From Escherichia coli (GTDB taxonomy: Bacteria > Pseudomonadota > Gammaproteobacteria > Enterobacterales > Enterobacteriaceae), in NCBI RefSeq assembly GCF_024298765.1, contig NZ_CP101210.1: a DNA stretch of 64,000 nt, one strand, 5' to 3'. Under the pieces are notes generated by a model. The model made no database searches. It had not been told where the DNA came from and worked only from the letters and a program-made list of their open reading frames with translations. Positions within the stretch are counted from its first letter, which is position 1; each line of letters opens with the position of its first letter. The position numbers were made by a program, and so were the translations under genes. Below are positions 55,401 through 64,000 of the stretch, in pieces.

Positions 55401-57100
55401 TGCGCCGCCAGTTCATAATGCAGACGGATGCACGGACGCTGCTGTTCACCGCTGATTTGCGTGATGCGCCCCAGCTCGTCGTAGTACAGATTCAGACAGT
55501 TGCTGTTGCGGTCGCCCAGCATTTTCAGCCGCTGGCGCTGCGGGTGATGCGGGTCGGCTTCAAACAGAAAAAACTGCCCGTCATCGCTGCTGATAAGCCA
55601 GTGCCCCTGCTCACCCCGCCTTACCGCCAGTCCTTCGCCGGGGCTGTAAAACCCGCTCCCCGGCAGCACGGCCTCCATATCCAGGCGTCGCCCCATGCCC
55701 GACACAAAGGTCATGCAGTTTTCGTCAGCAGTACCCGGCGTGCGCCCGAGGCTGACTTCATACATCACGCTCCAGCCCTGCCCGAACATCCCTTCCGTGC
55801 GGTCGTCACGACTGCTGTACACGCGCTGCCAGTCCAGCGGAAAGTGGCCCGGCAGACTGAAATCGAAGTCATCGTCATCGGCCAGATATTTGGCTCCGGT
55901 GGCGGCATTGACCGGATGCGGAAGGGCACTGATGGCCTTCTGCGTCATCACCCCCATCCCGACACTGGCAGCAAAACAGGCGATTTTAGAAAGCATTTTG
56001 CCCGGGCGAAGAAACATCAGCGCCACGGTTGCCACCAGGGTTATCTGCGACCTGCCGCTTCTGATATCCCTGACCACCAGTAACGGACCGCCAATGCGGA
56101 CATCCGGTGACACAAACGCCCCGTTCCCCGGCTCATTCACCACCCTGGCCTCGCAGGTGCAGCGTGCCCCGCTGCGTGCCGCCGGCTGGCTGTTGATACG
56201 CACATCCCGCGCGCCTTCCGCGATATATTCCGCTGCGGGCGGTTCATCATCGCCTTTGAACAGATTACTGATGCTGCCAATAACCGCATTCACTCCCTGA
56301 AAGGCGGTTTCCAGCATACCGTCCGGACTCAGCAGGTTAAGGGCCGTTCCCAGGGGGTCATCCAGAAAGGCGGCTTTTTTTTGTGCGAGAAACTGCGTCA
56401 GTGAGGAGGGATGTTTATGGCAGTCGATTTTATCGTCAGGGGTCGGGGTGGAGCCCGGGGCCGCACTGGCCACGGTGGGCTGCCATAGTTCCGACACAAA
56501 ATGTGTCACGCCATCCACCATTTCAGAACGCCCTTCTTCCGTACTGAGCTGGTCGTGCAGCGCCCGGGACATCAGCACAGGCCCTGTCACCGGGTTAACC
56601 GCCAGGGCTATGGCCCCCGCCATTTCCAGATATTCCCCGGCCACATCCAGGAACGTTCTGGCATCCTCCTGACGCTGCGCTTCTTCCTGTTCCGCCTTCG
56701 CCTGCGCCTCCTGCGCCTCAATGTCCTGCCGCGATGCCGCAGTCGCCGCGGCCCGCGCGGCAGGTTTGCTGTTGATCCATGTGTCGCCAGAGCCGGTGAG
56801 GATGTAACCTTCAATCTGAGGCGGGAAAAGCATATTTGCGAGGTCTGAACAGACTTCGCTGACCGTGTCTGTCACGCCGGTGTACACCATCGCCACACCC
56901 GCCACAAAACCGGTCAGCACGACGGCCGTGCACCCCATCGTGATCCCCACTGACGCCGCCAGTAACGAGGTTGTGCCGACAATGAGGGCATCAATAACGA
57001 CATTTGCGGCCACCTCCAGCACCGCCCCCAGCACATCTGCCATAAACGACGTATGCAGCAGGGCATCACCCTGCCTTGCCGCCCAGAATGCCTCTTCCAT
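52442..57100 (-). CDS. Full-length Rhs polymorphic toxin with N-terminal prePAAR-like motif and hydrophobic segment (T6SS effector-like), YD-repeat shell and variable C-terminal toxin domain
   Basis: 1552-aa ORF; N-terminus MEEAFWAARQGDALLH fits AARxxDxxxH, followed by about 55 hydrophobic residues and PAAR-containing segments; YD repeats; core ends PxxxxDPxGL (WIDPLGL) about 115 aa before the stop. Confidence 0.85.
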   Translation of the reverse strand: MEEAFWAARQGDALLHTSFMADVLGAVLEVAANVVIDALIVGTTSLLAASVGITMGCTAVVLTGFVAGVAMVYTGVTDTVSEVCSDLANMLFPPQIEGYILTGSGDTWINSKPAARAAATAASRQDIEAQEAQAKAEQEEAQRQEDARTFLDVAGEYLEMAGAIALAVNPVTGPVLMSRALHDQLSTEEGRSEMVDGVTHFVSELWQPTVASAAPGSTPTPDDKIDCHKHPSSLTQFLAQKKAAFLDDPLGTALNLLSPDGMLETAFQGVNAVIGSISNLFKGDDEPPAAEYIAEGARDVRINSQPAARSGARCTCEARVVNEPGNGAFVSPDVRIGGPLLVVRDIRSGRSQITLVATVALMFLRPGKMLSKIACFAASVGMGVMTQKAISALPHPVNAATGAKYLADDDDFDFSLPGHFPLDWQRVYSSRDDRTEGMFGQGWSVMYEVSLGRTPGTADENCMTFVSGMGRRLDMEAVLPGSGFYSPGEGLAVRRGEQGHWLISSDDGQFFLFEADPHHPQRQRLKMLGDRNSNCLNLYYDELGRITQISGEQQRPCIRLHYELAAHPRRVTQIYQHFPETAPLLLRRYRYDEAGDLNGVYDSTGHLLREFAYDENHCMTLHRQPGGEGYYYQWSWYEGPDDAAWRVTGHHTDSGEQYRLAWSLASRRLCVTDGLGRTRYHQWDAQNQVTAYQDEAGQVTTFRWSDEERLLLGMTDAQGGKWRYVYDRQGHITETHDPLGRVAQTQWHPVWHQPETEVDAAGNSWCCEYDERGNLLAVTDPLQQNTRYQYDRHGQVVQITDARGGNKYLQWNEDGQLMRHTDCSGSQTAWFYDERTRLIRMTDAQSHSTRYGYDDSGHLTEVILADGRTVNYQSDAAGRLVKYTSPMGRITRWQRDGQGRVRSRTDATGRRTAFGYDAYGRLVTLTNENGESYRFRHDVLDRLAEQINPDGCRQTYRYNALNAVTEVVFTGDRGGEIRHRLARDAAGRLTAKETADSRTEYVHDAADQLLEIRRRRSDAGETDAPEIIRFSYDRLGRMLTEETAQGVLTHQYDELSNRTATTFPDGRTQRHLYYGSGHLQQINLDREVISEFTRDALHREVLRSQGRLSTRQLYDPAGRLKRRETYSGMRGVVPETFTDRQYSYSGEDELLKTRHSRRGETDYFYDPTGRITACRSEDEGYLASWQYDAAGNLLGRRAGERATAENSVVPFNRLMSYRGVHYRYDEFGRAVEKEGRSGTQSYRYDAEHRMVEVTTARGTYRYVYDALGRRTEKQHISPDGKPYNRTAFLWDGMRLAQESRPEGTDSLYIYRDPGSYEPLARVDKAGKEGPNRILYFHTDVNGAPEEMTDSDGKIVWETGYQVWGNTIQEKDHGGVAQNLRYQGQYLDRETGLHYNLHRYYDPDVGRFMVTDPIGLRGGLNLYQYAPNPLSWIDPLGLCPKSDFKWGNPKSKPTYGHTFSEHGQKMKPNQLIDRARNKGHQVGQYLDDNSAADFIASVAKKGPGVHDVPLPTNIKSRGYLPDGTEVVPDMARVVVKPDGSVRTSFPFNSSHDN
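52880..54253. repeat. 1.37-kb direct repeat, copy B (main rhs core)
   Basis: Essentially identical to 50362-51735. Confidence 0.9.
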
Positions 57101-57118
57101 GTCCCGTTCCCTGTGTGA

Positions 57119-57349
57119 TTAATTCGTCCCGGCTTCCTGCCGCATCCTGAAGCGCAGATTCTTTTTAATTTCAGCCCAGCGCGTCATATCAGCCGGGGTC
57201 AGCGGTGTGGTTCGGGCGTAGGTGAAGGCCATCATGACCCGCTCACCCGGCAATACAAATGCCACCTGACACTGGTACACCTGCTCGTTACCCCGGAGAA
57301 ACTGGCTCTGTATTTGCAAACCGCCTCATTGAGATAATATTCCGTCATA
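57119..57349 (-). pseudogene. Possible degenerate Eag-type (DUF1795-like) chaperone gene remnant upstream of rhs
   Basis: ATG at 57347-57349 opens MTEYYLNEAV... (resembles the DUF1795 N-terminus) but stops after 38 codons; a second frame continues 66 codons to 57119; total length is about half that of an intact Eag gene. Confidence 0.25.
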
Positions 57350-58102
57350 ATAGAAGTCGTCCTTTTTAATAAATGAATTATTTATTGACAGGTTCTGTTT
57401 TTTAATCATGAATGTAATGTCTATCACCGCTTTACAGCACTCTTTATCTTTCAAGCCGTAATCACTAATAACATTAAGCAATTACCCATATTTACAATGA
57501 CCGGAACTGATATGCCGTTATGTATTTAACAATCCCAACATATTCACCATACAAATAAAATCACGAGTAACAAACACACTACCGCCTCCATATAAAAAAT
57601 GGACAGCTTATAAAATTGCATCTTGCATAGAAAGGGCTGAGATATCGAGTGTATTTTAATTATCAACTATAAATGTTGAATATTTTCATTAACAGAAACA
57701 CATCTTATCCCATTAGATATGTTAACAATCAATTATTCTTAACATATCACTAAAGTATATATTACTCTCTTTACTATCTGTTTTTATTGCGGTAGCGATA
57801 TTAATAGCAAAATTCGGAATTTATTTAGATGCTGGAATAAGAAAAAGTGATGGCGGCTTTCTCACCTTACCCTGAAGTTTCAGGAAAGTGTGTAAGGAAG
57901 GATGCAACCTAACTGGAGATTTCTGAGGATCTAGTTGCTTAGAGCGACAATGAAGGTGAACGCATCCAGAGTAGTCCTATGAAAGGATACTATTGAAAAT
58001 TGATGCTAAAACAGTGATTAAATGAACAACACCATGGAACCCGTTGATTCAAAACGCCTAAACCAGCCCCCTGATACGAGGCTGGCTTAAACGCGCAGGC
58101 AA

Positions 58103-58309
58103 TCAGTAAAAATCACCCGTTGCCTTTTCGGCCTGATCCATCCACACCGGTTTCTCGCTGGTTTTCGACCAGACGCGGTGCAGGTAGCTGTAAAAGCGGG
58201 CGCGGTCTTTCCAGAAAAGCATGAAAGGCAGCGCCAGAACGCCCGCTGCAACCGCATAAGTACGGCGTAAAAAGATAAGCCATGCAGGATATTCTCTGTA
58301 GAGTTCCAT
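58103..58309 (-). CDS. ybfA: Small inner-membrane protein YbfA (DUF2517)
   Basis: 68-aa [38 protein letters not shown]... Confidence 0.85.
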   Translation of the reverse strand: MELYREYPAWLIFLRRTYAVAAGVLALPFMLFWKDRARFYSYLHRVWSKTSEKPVWMDQAEKATGDFY

Positions 58310-58520
58310 ACTTTTCTCCCCCTTTTGTATCTACCCGGTGAATGGCACCGGAAAAATGAATTTGTTTATCTGATGAAAATAGTACCGCCTTTTGTGTAAT
58401 TTTACTACTCATCCGACCACTTATTTTTGCTTATTGATGGTTTATTTACATTCACACTGTAATTAAGTTACACAAAAGTTAAATTAATACTAACCATCAG
58501 TTAAATCATGGCTTTTGCCA

Positions 58521-58540
58521 TTTTTATACTTTTTTTACAC
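58521..58540 (+). promoter_or_regulatory. Candidate KdpE-binding T-rich box in the kdpFABC promoter
   Basis: tttttatactttttttacac about 80-100 bp upstream of the kdpF start, resembling the known KdpE operator. Confidence 0.5.
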
Positions 58541-58621
58541 CACGCCCGAAGATTTTTGCGAAATCTTTGCAGCCAGAATTCTACCCTTCCGGTATCACTT
58601 TTAGGCCACTGGAGGTGCACT

Positions 58622-58711
58622 GTGAGTGCAGGCGTGATAGCCGGCGTGTTGCTGGTGTTTTTATTACTGGGTTATCTGGTTTATGCCCTGATCAATGCGG
58701 AGGCGTTCTGA
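58622..58711 (+). CDS. kdpF: K+-transporting ATPase small subunit KdpF (29 aa)
   Basis: GTG start after RBS ggagg; [29 protein letters not shown]; stop overlaps the kdpA ATG. Confidence 0.85.
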   Translation: MSAGVIAGVLLVFLLLGYLVYALINAEAF

Positions 58712-60384
58712 TGGCTGCGCAAGGGTTCTTACTGATCGCCACGTTTTTACTGGTGTTCATGGTGCTGGCACGTCCTTTAGGCAGCGGGCTGGCGCGGCTG
58801 ATTAATGATATTCCTCTTCCTGGTACGACGGGCGTTGAACGCGTACTCTTTAGCGCGCTTGGCGTCTCTGACCGCGAGATGAACTGGAAGCAGTATCTCT
58901 CAGCCATTCTTGGCCTGAATATGCTGGGGCTGGCGGTGCTGTTTTTTATGTTGCTCGGTCAGCACTATCTGCCGCTTAATCCACAGCAGTTGCCAGGGCT
59001 GTCATGGGATCTGGCGCTGAATACCGCCGTCAGCTTTGTCACCAATACCAACTGGCAATCTTATAGCGGTGAAACCACGTTGAGCTATTTCAGCCAGATG
59101 GCGGGCTTAACGGTGCAAAACTTTCTTTCTGCCGCCAGCGGGATTGCGGTGATTTTTGCCCTCATCCGTGCGTTTACCCGCCAGAGCATGAGCACACTCG
59201 GGAATGCCTGGGTCGATCTGCTACGCATCACGTTATGGGTGCTAGTCCCTGTGGCGTTGTTGATCGCACTGTTTTTTATTCAACAAGGTGCGCTGCAAAA
59301 CTTTCTGCCCTATCAGGCGGTGAATACCGTTGAAGGAGCGCAACAGCTGTTACCCATGGGGCCTGTAGCTTCTCAGGAAGCGATCAAGATGCTCGGTACT
59401 AACGGCGGTGGCTTCTTTAATGCCAACTCGTCGCATCCGTTTGAAAACCCAACCGCACTGACCAACTTCGTGCAGATGCTAGCGATCTTCTTGATCCCAA
59501 CAGCGCTGTGCTTTGCCTTTGGTGAAGTGGCGGGCGATCGTCGTCAGGGGCGCATGTTGCTGTGGGCGATGTCAGTGATTTTTGTTATCTGCACAAGCGT
59601 GGTGATGTGGGCAGAAGTTCAGGGTAATCCTCATCTGCTGGCGCTGGGTGCGGACAGCAGCATCAATATGGAAGGTAAAGAGAGCCGTTTCGGCGTGCTG
59701 GTCAGTAGCCTGTTTGCGGTCGTGACTACGGCGGCTTCCTGTGGCGCGGTGATTGCGATGCATGATTCGTTTACCGCTCTTGGTGGCATGGTGCCGATGT
59801 GGTTGATGCAAATTGGTGAAGTGGTATTCGGCGGCGTCGGTTCAGGCCTTTACGGCATGATGCTGTTTGTCCTGCTGGCGGTGTTTATTGCCGGGCTGAT
59901 GATTGGTCGTACACCGGAATATCTGGGTAAAAAAATCGACGTACGCGAGATGAAACTGACTGCACTGGCGATTCTGGTCACCCCGACGCTGGTGCTGATG
60001 GGCGCGGCGCTGGCGATGATGACCGACGCCGGACGTAGCGCCATGCTCAACCCTGGCCCGCATGGTTTTAGCGAAGTGCTGTACGCCGTGTCATCCGCCG
60101 CTAACAACAACGGCAGCGCCTTTGCCGGATTAAGCGCCAACTCTCCGTTCTGGAACTGTTTACTGGCGTTGTGCATGTTTGTCGGGCGCTTCGGGGTGAT
60201 TATCCCGGTGATGGCAATTGCCGGTTCGCTGGTGAGTAAAAAGAGCCAACCCGCCAGCTCCGGCACGCTGCCAACGCACGGCCCGCTGTTTGTTGGCCTG
60301 TTAATCGGCACCGTGTTGCTGGTTGGCGCACTGACCTTTATCCCTGCCCTGGCGCTTGGTCCGGTGGCGGAATATCTCTCCTGA
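58711..60384 (+). CDS. kdpA: K+-transporting ATPase subunit A
   Basis: 557 aa from [15 protein letters not shown]; the track ORF start lies upstream, inside kdpF. Confidence 0.95.
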   Translation: MAAQGFLLIATFLLVFMVLARPLGSGLARLINDIPLPGTTGVERVLFSALGVSDREMNWKQYLSAILGLNMLGLAVLFFMLLGQHYLPLNPQQLPGLSWDLALNTAVSFVTNTNWQSYSGETTLSYFSQMAGLTVQNFLSAASGIAVIFALIRAFTRQSMSTLGNAWVDLLRITLWVLVPVALLIALFFIQQGALQNFLPYQAVNTVEGAQQLLPMGPVASQEAIKMLGTNGGGFFNANSSHPFENPTALTNFVQMLAIFLIPTALCFAFGEVAGDRRQGRMLLWAMSVIFVICTSVVMWAEVQGNPHLLALGADSSINMEGKESRFGVLVSSLFAVVTTAASCGAVIAMHDSFTALGGMVPMWLMQIGEVVFGGVGSGLYGMMLFVLLAVFIAGLMIGRTPEYLGKKIDVREMKLTALAILVTPTLVLMGAALAMMTDAGRSAMLNPGPHGFSEVLYAVSSAANNNGSAFAGLSANSPFWNCLLALCMFVGRFGVIIPVMAIAGSLVSKKSQPASSGTLPTHGPLFVGLLIGTVLLVGALTFIPALALGPVAEYLS

Positions 60385-60406
60385 TGATATTGAGTGAGCA
60401 CTGAAT

Positions 60407-62455
60407 ATGAGTCGTAAACAACTGGCGCTATTCGAACCAACACTTGTCGTTCAGGCGCTGAAAGAAGCGGTGAAAAAATTAAACCCGCAGGCGCAATGGC
60501 GTAATCCGGTGATGTTTATCGTCTGGATCGGCAGTCTGTTAACCACCTTTATTTGCATCGCAATGGCAAGCGGTGCGATGCCTGGCAATGCGCTGTTTAG
60601 CGCGGCAATTAGCGGCTGGCTGTGGGTCACCGTACTGTTCGCTAATTTCGCCGAGGCGCTGGCAGAGGGCCGCAGTAAAGCGCAGGCCAACAGTCTGAAA
60701 GGGGTGAAAAAAACTGCCTTTGCCCGCAAGCTTCGTGAGCCGAAATATGGCGCTGCGGCAGACAAAGTTCCTGCCGATCAACTGCGTAAAGGCGATATCG
60801 TACTGGTAGAAGCTGGCGATATTATCCCCTGCGATGGTGAAGTTATTGAAGGGGGTGCATCGGTCGATGAAAGCGCCATCACCGGGGAATCAGCACCGGT
60901 TATCCGTGAATCCGGCGGCGATTTTGCCTCCGTCACCGGCGGCACGCGTATTCTTTCTGACTGGCTGGTAATTGAGTGCAGCGTTAACCCCGGTGAGACA
61001 TTTCTGGATCGGATGATCGCGATGGTGGAAGGCGCACAGCGACGCAAAACGCCGAACGAGATTGCCCTGACCATTCTCCTGATTGCCCTGACTATCGTCT
61101 TTTTACTGGCAACCGCCACGCTGTGGCCGTTTTCCGCGTGGGGCGGTAATGCAGTGAGTGTAACGGTACTGGTGGCGCTGCTGGTCTGTCTGATCCCAAC
61201 CACTATTGGCGGCCTGTTGTCAGCGATCGGCGTCGCCGGGATGAGTCGGATGCTGGGCGCGAATGTGATTGCCACCAGCGGACGTGCAGTTGAAGCGGCA
61301 GGTGACGTTGACGTTCTGCTACTGGATAAAACCGGCACCATCACACTCGGTAACCGTCAGGCGTCGGAGTTTATCCCCGCGCAGGGCGTGGATGAAAAAA
61401 CGCTGGCTGACGCCGCACAACTGGCTTCGCTGGCTGATGAAACGCCGGAAGGTCGCAGTATTGTGATCCTCGCCAAGCAACGTTTTAACCTGCGCGAGCG
61501 CGATGTGCAGTCGCTCCATGCCACCTTTGTACCGTTTACTGCGCAAAGCCGGATGAGCGGGATCAACATCGACAACCGCATGATCCGTAAAGGTTCTGTC
61601 GATGCCATTCGCCGCCATGTTGAGGCTAATGGTGGTCACTTCCCTGCCGATGTCGATCAAAAAGTCGATCAGGTTGCGCGTCAGGGAGCCACGCCGCTGG
61701 TAGTAGTAGAAGGCTCCCATGTGCTTGGCGTTATTGCGCTGAAAGATATCGTCAAAGGCGGTATTAAAGAGCGCTTCGCGCAGTTGCGTAAAATGGGCAT
61801 TAAAACGGTGATGATTACCGGCGATAACCGTCTGACTGCCGCCGCGATAGCTGCGGAAGCGGGCGTCGATGATTTTCTCGCCGAAGCAACACCGGAGGCC
61901 AAGCTGGCACTGATTCGTCAGTATCAGGCGGAAGGCCGTTTAGTGGCGATGACCGGCGATGGCACCAACGATGCTCCGGCGCTGGCACAGGCCGATGTTG
62001 CGGTGGCGATGAACTCCGGCACCCAGGCGGCGAAAGAAGCGGGCAATATGGTGGATCTCGACTCCAACCCGACCAAGTTGATCGAGGTAGTGCACATTGG
62101 CAAACAGATGCTGATGACCCGTGGCTCGTTGACCACCTTCAGCATTGCCAACGATGTGGCGAAATACTTCGCCATTATTCCAGCGGCGTTCGCGGCAACG
62201 TATCCGCAGTTAAATGCGCTGAACATCATGCGCCTGCATTCGCCCGACTCCGCCATTCTCAGTGCGGTCATTTTCAACGCCTTGATTATCGCCTTTTTGA
62301 TTCCCCTGGCGTTAAAAGGCGTGAGTTATAAACCGCTTACCGCTTCTGCCATGTTGCGCCGTAACTTATGGATTTACGGTCTGGGTGGGCTGCTGGTGCC
62401 GTTTATTGGTATCAAAGTCATTGATTTACTGCTAACCGTTTGCGGTCTGGTGTGA
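60407..62455 (+). CDS. kdpB: K+-transporting P-type ATPase subunit B
   Basis: 682-aa ORF with DKTGT phosphorylation motif and [11 protein letters not shown] hinge. Confidence 0.96.
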
Positions 62456-62463
62456 GGTTTACC

Positions 62464-63036
62464 ATGCGTGGATTACGTCCGGCATTATCGACATTTCTCT
62501 TTCTGTTATTGATTACTGGCGGCGTTTACCCGCTGCTGACCACCGCACTGGGGCAATGGTGGTTTCCCTGGCAGGCCAACGGTTCATTGATTCGTGAAGG
62601 TGATACGGTGCGCGGTTCGGCATTAATCGGGCAAAATTTTACCGGCAACGGCTATTTTCATGGTCGCCCGTCGGCAACAGCAGAAATGCCCTATAATCCA
62701 CAGGCTTCTGGCGGGAGCAATCTGGCAGTCAGTAACCCGGAGCTGGATAAACAGATAGCCGCACGCGTTGCCGCATTACGGGCTGCTAACCCGGATGCCA
62801 GCACGAACGTTCCGGTTGAACTGGTGACGGCGTCAGCAAGCGGGCTGGACAATAACATCACCCCGCAAGCGGCGGCCTGGCAGATCCCACGCGTGGCGAA
62901 AGCGCGTAATCTCAGCGTTGAACAGCTCACGCAACTGATCGCAAAATACAGCCAACAACCGCTGGTGAAATATATCGGCCAGCCGGTCGTCAACATTGTC
63001 GAACTCAATCTGGCACTGGATAAGCTTGATGAATAA
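62464..63036 (+). CDS. kdpC: K+-transporting ATPase subunit C
   Basis: 190 aa from [25 protein letters not shown] with RBS gaggt. Confidence 0.93.
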
Positions 63037-64000
63037 CGAACCCTTACGTCCCGACCCCGATCGTCTGCTGGAACAAGCTGCCGCGCCGCATCGGGGGAAG
63101 CTGAAAGTATTCTTCGGTGCCTGCGCAGGCGTCGGGAAGACCTGGGCGATGCTGGCGGAAGCCCAGCGACTGCGGGCGCAAGGGCTGGATATTGTGGCTG
63201 GCGTGGTAGAAACCCACGGTCGGAAAGATACCGCCGCAATGCTGGAAGGGCTGGCTGTTCTGCCGTTAAAACGCCAGGCGTACCGTGGGCGGCACATCAG
63301 CGAGTTTGATCTCGATGCCGCCCTCGCCCGCCGTCCGGCACTGATCTTAATGGACGAACTGGCGCACAGTAATGCGCCAGGTTCTCGTCATCCCAAACGC
63401 TGGCAGGACATCGAAGAGCTGCTGGAAGCTGGCATTGATGTTTTCACTACCGTCAACGTTCAACATCTGGAAAGCCTGAATGATGTGGTCAGCGGCGTCA
63501 CCGGAATTCAGGTTCGGGAAACCGTGCCCGATCCTTTTTTTGATGCCGCCGACGACGTAGTGCTGGTGGACTTGCCCCCGGACGATCTGCGCCAGCGACT
63601 GAAAGAAGGCAAAGTCTATATTGCCGGGCAGGCGGAGCGCGCCATTGAACATTTTTTCCGCAAAGGTAATCTGATCGCCCTGCGCGAACTGGCACTACGC
63701 CGTACTGCCGATCGCGTAGATGAGCAAATGCGCGCCTGGCGGGGGCATCCTGGCGAAGAGAAAGTCTGGCACACACGCGACGCGATCCTATTATGCATCG
63801 GGCATAACACCGGCAGTGAGAAACTGGTCCGCGCGGCGGCGCGGTTGGCCTCGCGCCTGGGCAGTGTCTGGCACGCGGTGTATGTTGAAACCCCTGCCCT
63901 GCATCGCTTACCGGAGAAAAAACGTCGGGCAATTCTCAGCGCCTTACGTCTGGCGCAGGAGCTGGGCGCGGAGACGGCAACACTTTCTGATCCAGCGGAA
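63029..64000 (+). CDS. kdpD: Sensor histidine kinase KdpD, N-terminal part (continues beyond window end)
   Basis: ATG overlapping the kdpC 3' end; [38 protein letters not shown] (Walker A of the KdpD N-terminal domain); no stop before the window end. Confidence 0.9.

Noticed and set aside
50758-56083. Several + strand ORFs of 200-290 aa (50758-51558, 53276-54076, 54092-54970, 55370-56083)
   Set aside because: All lie antisense to rhs core sequence; Arg/Pro/Ala-rich spurious frames typical of the GC-rich YD-repeat region, and duplicated only because the underlying rhs DNA is duplicated.

Overview
Enterobacterial (Escherichia coli-type) chromosomal segment, recognised by reading the translated ORFs against remembered protein families; no database search was run. 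Gene order: aroG (5' end) - ybgS - zitB - pnuC/nadA - seven-tRNA lys/val operon - cpoB-pal-tolB-tolA-tolR-tolQ-ybgC - ybgE-cydX-cydB-cydA - sucDCBA - sdhBADC - gltA - ybgDQPO chaperone-usher fimbrial operon - abrB - nei - pxpACB - ybgI - dtpD - phr - ybgA - Rhs island - ybfA - kdpFABC and the start of kdpD. Two parts look accessory. (1) Between sucD and cydA the mngR-mngA-mngB genes expected from K-12 are absent; instead there is one gene for a probable secreted TPR-repeat protein plus about 1.3 kb of AT-rich non-coding DNA. (2) Between ybgA and ybfA (about 42.4-57.4 kb) lies an Rhs polymorphic-toxin island: a full-length 1552-aa Rhs with an N-terminal prePAAR-like motif and hydrophobic segment (T6SS-effector-like) and its immunity gene, followed by three orphan rhs C-terminal toxin/immunity cassettes (one with a GHH/HNH-like nuclease signature, one a remnant with an in-frame stop), three H-repeat (ISAs1-family) transposase copies (one intact, two frameshifted), an IS256-family transposase remnant, and three copies (one intact, two truncated) of a SymE-like toxin gene convergent with the immunity genes. 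A possible degenerate Eag-type chaperone remnant sits just upstream of the main rhs. The rest of the window is conserved housekeeping sequence.
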